Below, in pieces: positions 8,601 through 16,659 of a stretch of 32,000 nucleotides of DNA; within the stretch, counting starts at the first letter, position 1; every line of letters starts with the position of its first letter. Under the pieces are notes generated by a model. It was not told the DNA's origin. It worked only from the letters and a program-made list of their open reading frames with translations, and did not search any database. The translations under genes were made by a program, and so were the position numbers. Source of the stretch: Desulfatitalea sp. BRH_c12 (GTDB taxonomy: Bacteria > Desulfobacterota > Desulfobacteria > Desulfobacterales > Desulfosarcinaceae). The DNA lies in NCBI GenBank assembly GCA_000961655.1, contig LADR01000024.1, positions 297,682 through 329,681 of the forward strand, written 5' to 3'.

Positions 8601-9368
8601 CTATTCGCCTGTAAATACGGGTTCGCGTTTTTGCAGGAAGGCTGTCATGCCTTCCATGGCATCTTTGCTCTGGCCCAGCTTGGCCGACCATTCACGATCC
8701 ACGCGTAATCCTTCCTCAAACCCCTTTTCCAGGCCCACGTTCATGCCTTCCAATACGGCCCGAACGGCCAAGGGGGGGCGTTTGCTCAGGGTGACGGCGA
8801 ATGCCATGGCCTCTTTCATCAGGTCGGCCGCCGGCACAACACGATCGACCAATCCGATGGCCAAGGCCTCCTGCGGCTGCAGCCGTTTGCTGAAAAGAAT
8901 CATTTCAAGGGCCTTGCTTTTGCCGACCACGCGCGGCAGGCGCTGGATGCCGCCCCATCCGGGCGTGATGCCCAGGTTGACCTCGGGAAGCCCCATGATG
9001 GTGCGTGCCGAATCGGCAATGAATCTGAAGTGGCATACCAGGGCCAACTCGCACCCGCCGCCCAGAGCATAGCCGTTGATCGCAGCGATGACCGGTTTGG
9101 GCATCCGTTCGATGCGGTTGAAAACGTCGTTACCATTGGGGCCTTTGTTGATATTGGCAATGTCCGATACATCCATGCCCGCGCAAAAGCCTTTTTCGCC
9201 GGCGCCGGTAATGATGATCGCCCGGGTTTCCTTGCTCTGCTCCAGTGCCGTTATGGCATGGTCCAACTCTTCGCGAATGCCGAGATTGACGGCATTTGTC
9301 GGGGGGCGATTCAGAGTAATGGTGCTGACAAAATCCTGAGTGGTCACGATGATGTTGCTGTACGCCAT
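8601..9368 (-). CDS. Enoyl-CoA hydratase/isomerase (crotonase) family protein
   Basis: ORF trimmed to ATG 9368, which is preceded by AGGAGGA. Crotonase hallmarks: ITLNRPP..NA, FCAGMD, and AAINGYALGGGCELALVCHFRFIA. Confidence 0.9.
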   Translation of the reverse strand: MAYSNIIVTTQDFVSTITLNRPPTNAVNLGIREELDHAITALEQSKETRAIIITGAGEKGFCAGMDVSDIANINKGPNGNDVFNRIERMPKPVIAAINGYALGGGCELALVCHFRFIADSARTIMGLPEVNLGITPGWGGIQRLPRVVGKSKALEMILFSKRLQPQEALAIGLVDRVVPAADLMKEAMAFAVTLSKRPPLAVRAVLEGMNVGLEKGFEEGLRVDREWSAKLGQSKDAMEGMTAFLQKREPVFTGE

Positions 9369-9432
9369 GCGCTTCCTCCTAAACCGGCCTCGCCGGGGTT
9401 GACGTGGAAAGGGAAGATGAAAAATAGTGGGT

Positions 9433-9461
9433 ACTATTTCACTGGGCACTTTGGATGTCAA
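9433..9461 (-). promoter_or_regulatory. Candidate sigma-70 promoter for the crotonase gene
   Basis: On the minus strand: TTGACA (9461-9456), a 17-nt spacer, then AATAGT (9438-9433), just downstream of the dodecin terminator. Pattern match only. Confidence 0.3.
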
Positions 9462-9476
9462 GAAGGGGAAAGTCGT

Positions 9477-9506
9477 CAAAAAGGAAGGGCAGCCATGCGG
9501 CTGCCC
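9477..9506 (-). terminator. Rho-independent terminator of the dodecin gene
   Basis: On the minus strand: GGGCAGCC-GCAU-GGCUGCCC, a perfect 8-bp GC-rich stem (9506-9487), followed by UUCCUUUUUG. It sits 30 nt after the dodecin stop. Confidence 0.75.
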
Positions 9507-9535
9507 AGTAGAAAACGGTGCGTTTATGCGCTCGA

Positions 9536-9748
9536 TTAGTCGTTGGCGTATTTAAAAGAGAGCTGGACCCGCGCCCTGAAGGCGACGACCTTGCCTTCCT
9601 CCACTTTCATGTCCAGTTTGCCCACTTCTGCGATACGAAGTTCTCTGAGGCTCTTGCCGGCCATTTCAATCGCATTGCGGGCGGCATCTTCCCATGAATT
9701 GGGGCTTGTTCCAACCAATTCGATTACTTTGTAAACACTGTCGGTCAT
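9536..9748 (-). CDS. Dodecin family flavin-binding protein
   Basis: 70 aa reading MTDSVYKVIELVGTSPNSWEDAA..A...AGKSLRELRIAEV..LD..VE.GKV..FRA.V..SF, the characteristic dodecin length and pattern. GAGGAGGAA lies upstream of the ATG. Confidence 0.85.
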   Translation of the reverse strand: MTDSVYKVIELVGTSPNSWEDAARNAIEMAGKSLRELRIAEVGKLDMKVEEGKVVAFRARVQLSFKYAND

Positions 9749-10184
9749 AAGTTCCTCCTCTGGTGTGGCATGTTGGCGAAAGGCACGGAGAGGTATAAGC
9801 CGATCTCTCCGTCGCTCCGCGGATGGTGGACCTCAAGGGAACGACAACATCGCCGCGCCCTTTTTTTATGCCGATCCTCAAGATAACGGAGCCGGTAAAA
9901 ACAGCCTCAACGGGTGGCAGGAGGGGATACCCTTCGCAGGCGGAAGTGAACATCGGAAGCACCCAGCATCGAACGGCGCAGTAAGGTGCCTGAAAACCCG
10001 GCCCTGGAATATTAAATAGAATAGTACACCCTAAGGGCAGCCTGTCAATAGATTATGCCGGCTGGCATAGGACGTGACGGGCCGAGCTCTTAACGCCTGT
10101 GGACGCAAGCACAAAAAGGTTGCCTTGTCGCAACGGTTCAGGCACCATGGTCCATTTTACGAGAACTTATTTGCAGGAACCGGC

Positions 10185-11765
10185 ATGAGACCCAGTGTTT
10201 ATCGAAAAATCGGCGTGGCGACCCTGATCATGATGGTATCGATTTTTCTGAGTCGTGTCTTAGGGGTACTGCGCGAATCAATTCTGGCGGCTGTGTGCGG
10301 CGCCGGCACGGACGTGGATGCCTACAAAACCGCTTTCATGCTGCCGGAGATCCTCAACCACATCACCGCCAGCGGTTTTTTTTCCATCACGTTCATTCCG
10401 ATATTCATGCGCTACCGGTCTGCCAACGACCCCGTGGGCGGCTGGCGTATCTTTTCGGTCATCTTGACCGTCTTTGGGACGTTGTTGGCGGTGCTGGTAC
10501 TGGCGGCCATGCTGCTGGCCCCCCAGTTGCTGCAGTGGCTGGCCCCCGGCCGGACAGACCCGCTTTTTCAGGCCATGGCGGTGCGCATGACACGCATCTT
10601 GTTGCCCGCGCAGTTGTGCTTTTTCGCGGGGGGAATATTTATGGCCGTGCAGTTCGCCAATGAACGCTTCATGCTGCCCGCCCTGGCGCCCCTGGTGTAC
10701 AACCTGGGCATCATCATAGGCGGGGTATTGCTGGCCGCGCGCATCGGCGTGGAGGGTTTCGCCTGGGGTGCGCTCGGCGGCGCGCTGATCGGGCACCTGG
10801 GCCTTCAGATGGTCGGGGCCGCAAAGCGCGGCATGCGTTTTAGCCCGGTTTTCGACTGGCGCCATCCGGACCTGCGGCGCTACATCCTGCTGACCCTGCC
10901 GTTGATGTTTGGGCTGACCATGACCTTTTCCACTGAAATTTTTTCGAAGTTCTTCGGTAGCTTTCTGCCGGCCGGCGCCATCACGCACATCGATTTCGCC
11001 TGGCGCATCATTCTAATGCTGGTGGGTTTTTTCGGGCAGGCGGTAGGGGTCGCAGCCTACCCCTTTTTAGCCCGCATGGCCGCGGAACGGCGCACTGACG
11101 AAATGAACCGTCTTTTCAACAATACTTTGCGCTATCTGGCTTTGGTCATCCCTGTTTCCTTGCTGGTGTTCGTGCTGCGCCACGAGATCGTGCGCATACT
11201 GTTCGAACGCTATCAATTCACCGCTGCCGACACTGACGCGACGGCTCTCGCCCTGGCCGGTATGGTCGTCGGAGCCGTTGCGTTCGCCGCCCAGACCGTC
11301 GTGAACCGCGGTTTTTATGCCATGCAGAACACGCTGCTGCCGGCGCTGTACAGCACGGTGGCCGTGATCCTCAGTCTGCCGCTTTACTGGATCGGATTGA
11401 AAATCTGGGGCGTGCTGGGCATTGGGTTGGCCATCTCCTTTTCGGCCATTGCGCAGGTATTGCTTCTCTTTATGGTCTGGAACCGCCGCAGCGGCAATTC
11501 GGGCAGTCGCGGCGTGTACCGCTTTTACGCCAAAAGCCTGCTGATTTCATTGCCGGTGACCGGGGTGCTGATGCTGACGCAGTATCAGCTGCGCCAATTG
11601 ATACCTGCGGCACACTTCTTGGGAAGTCTGCTGCTGATCGTCTTGCAATCCTGCGTTTTTTTACTTCTCATGGCCGCAGCCACCTGGGCCTTCAATATTG
11701 ACGAGGCGCGTGTGTTGGCGGGGAAAATCCTGGTACGCGTTAAAGGGGGGAGCAAGGCGGTGTAA
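10185..11765 (+). CDS. murJ: Lipid II flippase MurJ (MviN family)
   Basis: ORF 10074-11765 trimmed to ATG 10185. The N-terminus SRVLGVLRESILAAVCGAGTDVDAYKTAFMLPEILNHITASGFFSITFIP is typical of MurJ. About 14 TM helices and 526 aa. Confidence 0.9.
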   Translation: MRPSVYRKIGVATLIMMVSIFLSRVLGVLRESILAAVCGAGTDVDAYKTAFMLPEILNHITASGFFSITFIPIFMRYRSANDPVGGWRIFSVILTVFGTLLAVLVLAAMLLAPQLLQWLAPGRTDPLFQAMAVRMTRILLPAQLCFFAGGIFMAVQFANERFMLPALAPLVYNLGIIIGGVLLAARIGVEGFAWGALGGALIGHLGLQMVGAAKRGMRFSPVFDWRHPDLRRYILLTLPLMFGLTMTFSTEIFSKFFGSFLPAGAITHIDFAWRIILMLVGFFGQAVGVAAYPFLARMAAERRTDEMNRLFNNTLRYLALVIPVSLLVFVLRHEIVRILFERYQFTAADTDATALALAGMVVGAVAFAAQTVVNRGFYAMQNTLLPALYSTVAVILSLPLYWIGLKIWGVLGIGLAISFSAIAQVLLLFMVWNRRSGNSGSRGVYRFYAKSLLISLPVTGVLMLTQYQLRQLIPAAHFLGSLLLIVLQSCVFLLLMAAATWAFNIDEARVLAGKILVRVKGGSKAV

Positions 11766-11778
11766 GGTTTTTACTACA

Positions 11779-13461
11779 CTATCCCAAATACTTCACAGCT
11801 TCGTGAAGCAAAAAACTCTTAAACCCCCCACTGATGTTTTTTACGTTGAAGCCGTATTGGGATAGAGAACGCGCCGCATAATAGGAGCGTTGGCCAACGA
11901 AGCAGTAAGCCCAGATCTCGCGATCCTTGGGCAGTTCATCCATGCGCTGGCGGATTTCGTCCAGCGGCATGTGTATGGCATCCTCGACATGATCGGCTTT
12001 GTACTCCATCTCGTCGCGCACATCCAGAATCAGGGGGGCATGATCATCGGCATTATCATCCAGGTCTTCCCAATGGGCGATGTGCGCATCGCCGCGCAAC
12101 ACATTGGCGGCGATCATGCCCGCCATGTTGATCGGGTCCTTGGCTGAGCCGAACTGGGGAGCGTAGCACAATTCCGCTTCTTCGAGATCGAACACGGTTG
12201 CGTTTTTCTGGATGGCCATGGCGATGACGTCGATTCTTTTCTCGACCCCTTTTTCTCCGACTGCCTGCGCGCCGACAATGCGACCCTCTTTTTTGGTGAA
12301 GATCAGTTTGAGCGTGATCGGCGAGGCCCCGGGGTAATAGGCGGCATGATGGCCGGGATGCAGGTAGATCTTCTCCATCTCTTCCCACAATCCCAGACGC
12401 TTGAGAGTTTTTTCGCTGGCGCCGGTAAAGGCGGCCACATGGTCCAGGATGCCCACCACCGAGGTGCCCTGCACCCCGCGGAATGCGCTGGCGCGGCCCA
12501 TGATCGTATCGGCGGCAATCCGGCCCTGTCGGTTGGCCGGGCCGGCCAGCGGTACCACGCCCGCTTGCCCGCTGAGCAGATCGCGGACTTCGACGGCATC
12601 CCCCACAGCCCAGATGTGCGGATCACTGGTGCGCATGTGCGCATCGACCCAAATGCCGCCGCTGTCACTGATGGTCAACCCGGCGGCTTTTGCCAGAGAG
12701 GTGTCCGGGCGCACGCCGATGCACAGAATCACCAGGTCGGTTTCGAGGCTGCGTCCTGATTCCAGCGTGACCACAATCCGGTGGCCGTTGCCCTGGTCGA
12801 AACGCACCACGCTGTTGTTGAGCAGCAGATCCACTCTGTGCTTGACCAGCGTACTGTGAACAGGGGCCACCATTTCCGGATCGAGCAGGGGCATCACTTG
12901 AGGTTGTTTTTCCACAAGGGTGACATTGAGCTTGCGTTTGTGCAGGTTCTCGGTCATTTCCATGCCGATGTAGCCGCCGCCCACCACCAGCACCTGCTTG
13001 GCCTCGTATTGATCGATCCACTCGCGGATCAGCCGGCTGTCGGGGATCGTGCGTACGGAGAAGATGCCCGGCATATCGATGCCCGGCAGCGGCGGGCGAA
13101 TGGGCAGTGCGCCCGGCGAAAGCACCAGCACGTCATAGGCTTCCGAGTAGGTGGTGCCATTCTCCAGGTCATTGACCTGAATAATACGCTTTGCGCGGTC
13201 GATCGATGCGACTTCCGAACGCAGTCGCACATCGATATTGAAGCGCTGGCGGAACAGTTCCGGAGTGGCCACCAGCAGGTTTTCCTCTTTTTTGATCACG
13301 TTGCCGACGTAGTAGGGCAGCCCGCAGTTGGCGAAAGAGACATACGGGCCGCGATCGAACATGACGATCTCCGCGGTTTCGGAAAGACGCCGGGCGCGCG
13401 CCGCGCACGAAGCGCCGCCAGCTACGCCGCCCACGATGAGAATCCGTTTTTTATCGGACAT
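11779..13461 (-). CDS. FAD-dependent CoA-disulfide reductase-type oxidoreductase fused to a C-terminal rhodanese domain (probable NAD(P)H persulfide/polysulfide reductase)
   Basis: FAD-binding motif ILIVGGVAGGASCAARARR. Redox Cys motif SFANCGLPYY. Second dinucleotide fold VLVVGGGYIGMEM. C-terminal rhodanese with active-site loop AYCFVGQRS. Confidence 0.85.
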   Translation of the reverse strand: MSDKKRILIVGGVAGGASCAARARRLSETAEIVMFDRGPYVSFANCGLPYYVGNVIKKEENLLVATPELFRQRFNIDVRLRSEVASIDRAKRIIQVNDLENGTTYSEAYDVLVLSPGALPIRPPLPGIDMPGIFSVRTIPDSRLIREWIDQYEAKQVLVVGGGYIGMEMTENLHKRKLNVTLVEKQPQVMPLLDPEMVAPVHSTLVKHRVDLLLNNSVVRFDQGNGHRIVVTLESGRSLETDLVILCIGVRPDTSLAKAAGLTISDSGGIWVDAHMRTSDPHIWAVGDAVEVRDLLSGQAGVVPLAGPANRQGRIAADTIMGRASAFRGVQGTSVVGILDHVAAFTGASEKTLKRLGLWEEMEKIYLHPGHHAAYYPGASPITLKLIFTKKEGRIVGAQAVGEKGVEKRIDVIAMAIQKNATVFDLEEAELCYAPQFGSAKDPINMAGMIAANVLRGDAHIAHWEDLDDNADDHAPLILDVRDEMEYKADHVEDAIHMPLDEIRQRMDELPKDREIWAYCFVGQRSYYAARSLSQYGFNVKNISGGFKSFLLHEAVKYLG

Positions 13462-13523
13462 GGTATACCCTTTCTAATGACCTCTTTGATGCGGTGGCCA
13501 TACATGCCGCTGCGGCGGGAACC

Positions 13524-14129
13524 CTAAAACCGCAAGGCAAGGCCTACCTGAAACACATCGTCCTCTAATTCCCAATCGCCGGGGCCGGATTCCATGTCTA
13601 CCCGGTAGGCGGTATAGGAGAGGACAATAGATGCGTTTTCGATGATACGCACGCCTCCGCCAATGGTAAATTCAAGATATTGATCGGCATCGGCGAAGCT
13701 GAGGGGCGAGGGCGAATAGGTCACACGGCTGAAAAGCTCTATGGGAATGGGCGCTGTCCAGGAAGGAAGGACATACCCCACGCCACCCGTAAAAGCGATT
13801 GCCCCGATGTCACCGGACACAGTGCGCTTCTCTGCCGACCCCAGGATGCCGCGCAGTCCCACATCCACTGTGAGGCCAGGGGACAAGGTTTCGTTGCCCA
13901 CCGTAAAATCAGCGCTGGCCCACTTGTATTCTTTGGGCGAGTCATCGACATAAACACCCGATCCGCCGATACGATAATACCCGCCGCCAGGCAAATAAGA
14001 TTTGTAGTGGACGCCGCCAATGATGGATTCGTCCCCCGCACTCAGCCCCAACTCCCACTCGTCGGCTGAAGACACACTAACTGCGATGAGCAATACTGCC
14101 AGGGTTGCCATCAGTTTACGCACCATCAT
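13524..14129 (-). CDS. Small outer-membrane beta-barrel protein (function unknown)
   Basis: ORF trimmed to ATG 14129/14126, which follows GGAGGA. Signal peptide MMVRKLMATLAVLLIAVSVSSA. Alternating amphipathic strands, and a C-terminal VGLALRF ending in Phe (OMP signature). Confidence 0.6.
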   Translation of the reverse strand: MMVRKLMATLAVLLIAVSVSSADEWELGLSAGDESIIGGVHYKSYLPGGGYYRIGGSGVYVDDSPKEYKWASADFTVGNETLSPGLTVDVGLRGILGSAEKRTVSGDIGAIAFTGGVGYVLPSWTAPIPIELFSRVTYSPSPLSFADADQYLEFTIGGGVRIIENASIVLSYTAYRVDMESGPGDWELEDDVFQVGLALRF

Positions 14130-14267
14130 CGTCCTCCGTGTTTTTAGGTTCACATTCTCCGCCTGGTTACCAATGCCCGGTAAAATTGTCAATCGGCGTT
14201 ACGCAACCAGGGGGATAACCGCATTTGCGCGTGGCTTGATCACAGAAACGGAATATCGTTCTACTCG

Positions 14268-14290
14268 TAGGGGCGAACCTTGTGTTCGCC
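14268..14290. repeat. REP-like hairpin repeat, second full copy
   Basis: 23/23 identity with 5499-5521. It lies in the gap downstream of the sigma-54 activator gene and upstream of the OMP gene. Confidence 0.7.
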
Positions 14291-14500
14291 GATGCGTAAA
14301 TGTCGGTGGATCCCTGGGGCGAATGGCCATCGTTATGGTGTCGCCCGCGCGAACCACTTGCCCAAATGGCGCGGCCTTTTTCTCCCGCACCCATGATTGC
14401 CTGGAATGATGGCTTTGTACCCGCGCCGCGCGACCGCCGGTCGTTCCTGTCAGGTAAAGGGGCTGGCGTGCAAGGGGGGCACTTTCTCGCTGGTCACTGA

Positions 14501-16048
14501 TTACCGGTCTGTGCGGTGCGATCTGTGGTTTGCGATATTGAGCTTGCGCATTTTGCCACGCAGCGTACTGGGGTGCAGGCCCAGCAGTTCGGCCGCGCCG
14601 CCGGGACCGATCAGTTTGCCGCCGGTGTGCGCCAGCGCGGTGCGGATATGCCGGGCGGCAGCTTCGTCGAAAGGCAGGATCGGCTGGGTGGGATTGGATT
14701 CTCGGACCGGCGGGGTCAAGCCGGGCGCCAGATCCAGGGAGAGTTCGCCCGCGGCGGTTGTTCTGCCCTGAATGAGCGACCGTTCCACCAGGTTCTGCAG
14801 TTCGCGGACATTGCCCGGCCAGGCATAGCGGCTCAACTGATCGAAAGTGCCAGGCGCCAGGCGCACCTTCTTGGCCAGCTTCATTTCCCGACTCTTGCGC
14901 GCTATCAGGAAATCCACCAGGGCCGGTATGTCCTGGGGGCGTTGACGCAGCGGTGGGATCATGATCGGGAACACATTGAGGCGGTACCATAAGTCTTCAC
15001 GGAAAAGGCCCTGGGCCACCATCTCTTCCAGGTTGCGGTGGGTGGCGCTGATAATCCGCACGTCCACCGTGATCGTTTGCGTCCCGCCCACGCGCTCGAT
15101 CTCTCCATGTTGCAGCACGCGCAGCAGTTTGACTTGCGCGGCCAGGGGCAACTCGCCGATTTCGTCCAGGAAAAGCGTGCCACCGCTGGCACGCTCGAAC
15201 CGGCCGCGCTTTTGAGAGGATGCACCCGTAAAAGCACCCTTTTCGTGGCCGAACAGTTCGCTGTCCAGCAGGCTTTCGGGCAAACCGCCGCAATTGACCT
15301 TCACGAATGCACCCTCGCGGCGCGGCGAGGCCGCGTGCAGGGCATTGGCCAGCAGTTCCTTGCCCGTGCCGGTCTCGCCGAGAAGCAGTACCGGGCTTTC
15401 CAGGGGGGCTACCTGGCGGATCATCTGCATCACGCCCTTCAGGCCGAAATCGGCGCCGATGATCGTGTCGCCTGAGGCATGGCGCAGTTCCGTGCTCAGG
15501 TAGCGGTTGTCATCTTCGAGCATCTCCTTGAGCCGGACGGTTTCCTGGTACTGCAGGGTGTTGGCCATAGCGATGGCAAAAGGTTCATTGAGCAGGCTCA
15601 TCAGACGGGCATGCTCCTCCCGATAGCGGTTCTCCCCCTCTGCGGCAAGAACGAGCACGCCGATGCGGCGGTTTTCCAGTTCCAGATCCGTGTGCAGGAG
15701 GGACACATGCTCGGCAAACAGCATGCGCGTCATCGTCCGCACATCGGGCTCTTCGTCACTGAAAGTGTTGCGCACCCCGAATTTGGGCTCCGATCGCCAG
15801 GCTTGGATCACGCGCGCCATGGCGCCCTTCGGGAGCGTCAACGTCTTTGGGACCGTGGGCCAATGGCCGGGGCAGATATGCGCCAGTACACGTACGACAT
15901 TGATATCAGGGTCGTACAGGCCAAGGTGCAGGCAGTCGGCCGGCATTACCTCCCGAATGTAGGCCAGCGTCCTTTCCGAAGCCCGTTGCAGGTTCAGGCT
16001 GCTGCAGATTCGGAGGGTAATCTCGCGGAAAAATTTATTTTCATCCAT
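14501..16048 (-). CDS. Sigma-54-dependent transcriptional activator (GAF sensor, AAA+ domain, Fis-type HTH)
   Basis: Walker [18 protein letters not shown] motif (EKGAFTGA), Walker B FLDEIGEL, and C-terminal [22 protein letters not shown]. The N-terminal ~190 aa are GAF-like. Start chosen at ATG 16048 (MDENKFF), after GGAAGGAAAG; the upstream in-frame ATGs at 16072 and 16114 lack an obvious ribosome-binding site. Confidence 0.9.
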   Translation of the reverse strand: MDENKFFREITLRICSSLNLQRASERTLAYIREVMPADCLHLGLYDPDINVVRVLAHICPGHWPTVPKTLTLPKGAMARVIQAWRSEPKFGVRNTFSDEEPDVRTMTRMLFAEHVSLLHTDLELENRRIGVLVLAAEGENRYREEHARLMSLLNEPFAIAMANTLQYQETVRLKEMLEDDNRYLSTELRHASGDTIIGADFGLKGVMQMIRQVAPLESPVLLLGETGTGKELLANALHAASPRREGAFVKVNCGGLPESLLDSELFGHEKGAFTGASSQKRGRFERASGGTLFLDEIGELPLAAQVKLLRVLQHGEIERVGGTQTITVDVRIISATHRNLEEMVAQGLFREDLWYRLNVFPIMIPPLRQRPQDIPALVDFLIARKSREMKLAKKVRLAPGTFDQLSRYAWPGNVRELQNLVERSLIQGRTTAAGELSLDLAPGLTPPVRESNPTQPILPFDEAAARHIRTALAHTGGKLIGPGGAAELLGLHPSTLRGKMRKLNIANHRSHRTDR

Positions 16049-16081
16049 AAGCGGTTCTTTCCTTCCAAGCATGACGATGCT

Positions 16082-16152
16082 GTCGAATATGACACTATCG
16101 ACGGTCAAAGTCAAATATGACGTCCAAAGTTACCAAATATGACATATTTGAC
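16082..16152. promoter_or_regulatory. Four copies of a 12-bp palindromic site, GTCA-AATA-TGAC (candidate enhancer/UAS for the adjacent activator)
   Basis: 16082-16093 GTCGAATATGAC; 16110-16121 GTCAAATATGAC (perfect); 16132-16143 ACCAAATATGAC; 16141-16152 GACATATTTGAC (equivalent to GTCAAATATGTC on the other strand). All lie in the divergent gap, 45-115 bp upstream of the -24 element. Confidence 0.55.
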
Positions 16153-16195
16153 TGTTTCTATTTATAACTATTTGTTATTATAAAGGTTTATTTTT

Positions 16196-16211
16196 GGGCA
16201 TGTAATATGCA
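16196..16211 (+). promoter_or_regulatory. Sigma-54 (-24/-12) promoter of the efflux operon
   Basis: The sequence gGGCAtGtaataTGCA compares with the consensus TGGCACG-N4-TTGCW. GG is at 16097-16098 plus 100, that is 16197-16198, and GC is at 16209-16210, which gives the canonical spacing. An AT-rich, bendable tract (16155-16190) separates it from the palindromes. Confidence 0.6.
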
Positions 16212-16269
16212 TCAAGCAGCCCGGATTGCGTTGGAAAGTAGGGCGGACAGCATCCGTACAGAGGAGGTT

Positions 16270-16626
16270 ATGATGCAATGGACCGAAATTATACATGTTC
16301 GCGCATTTAGCCAGGATTTCAGGGAGAGGGCCTTGGAAGAGGCCCAAGAGCTGTCACTGACCGGCGCGCCCGAAGCCTTGGAGGCCATCACTCTCTGGCG
16401 CCGGTCCGATCTGCCCACGGATCTCAATATTGTGCTGCGCTGGTCAGAACAACAAGACCAGCAAGCCCACTCCTCCGTTGGGCTTCAGCTTGCGAAAAGT
16501 TTTTCGCGGTTCGGTTGGGTCAGCCATTCGATGTGGTCGGACCCCAAGGGGATCGGTAAAACAGACCACGCCAAGCGTGCATTGAACATGGATGACGCGC
16601 AAGAAGTGAAACTTACGCTGCCATAA
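16270..16626 (+). CDS. Small soluble hypothetical protein, first gene of the sigma-54/RND operon
   Basis: ORF 16207-16626 trimmed to ATG 16270, after GAGGAGG; the track start at 16207 lies inside the -12 element. 118 aa, with no signal peptide or TM helix. The alternating pattern suggests a beta-alpha-beta-beta-alpha-beta fold. No family was recognised. Confidence 0.6.
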   Translation: MMQWTEIIHVRAFSQDFRERALEEAQELSLTGAPEALEAITLWRRSDLPTDLNIVLRWSEQQDQQAHSSVGLQLAKSFSRFGWVSHSMWSDPKGIGKTDHAKRALNMDDAQEVKLTLP

Positions 16627-16659
16627 ACGTTGATCGTCGCTATAGAGGGAGGTTTTAAA

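Noticed and set aside
9819-9867. Orphan plus-strand intrinsic terminator (stem plus T7), which would imply a small RNA
   Set aside because: The best stem is interrupted (4 bp, a 2-nt bulge, then 3 bp), has a 22-nt loop, and is separated from the T-run by GCCC. No convincing promoter lies upstream: TTGGCG-N15-TATAAG has poor spacing. The run is more likely an A-tract in the dodecin promoter region.
9749-10020. FMN (RFN) riboswitch upstream of the flavin-binding dodecin gene
   Set aside because: I looked on both strands for the conserved RFN blocks (GGGUGAAAUUCCC, ACCGGCGGU, AGCCCGCGA and GGAUGGGAGA-type segments). Only short chance similarities such as GGAGCCGG are present, with no consistent multi-stem arrangement. 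An Infernal scan would settle it.
14199-14990. 263-aa minus-strand ORF overlapping the 3' end of the sigma-54 activator gene and extending through the intergenic gap
   Set aside because: It is out of frame with a well-supported gene, Pro/Arg/Gly/Ala-rich, and reads straight through the REP-like hairpin (giving RRTQGSPLRV). This is an artefact.
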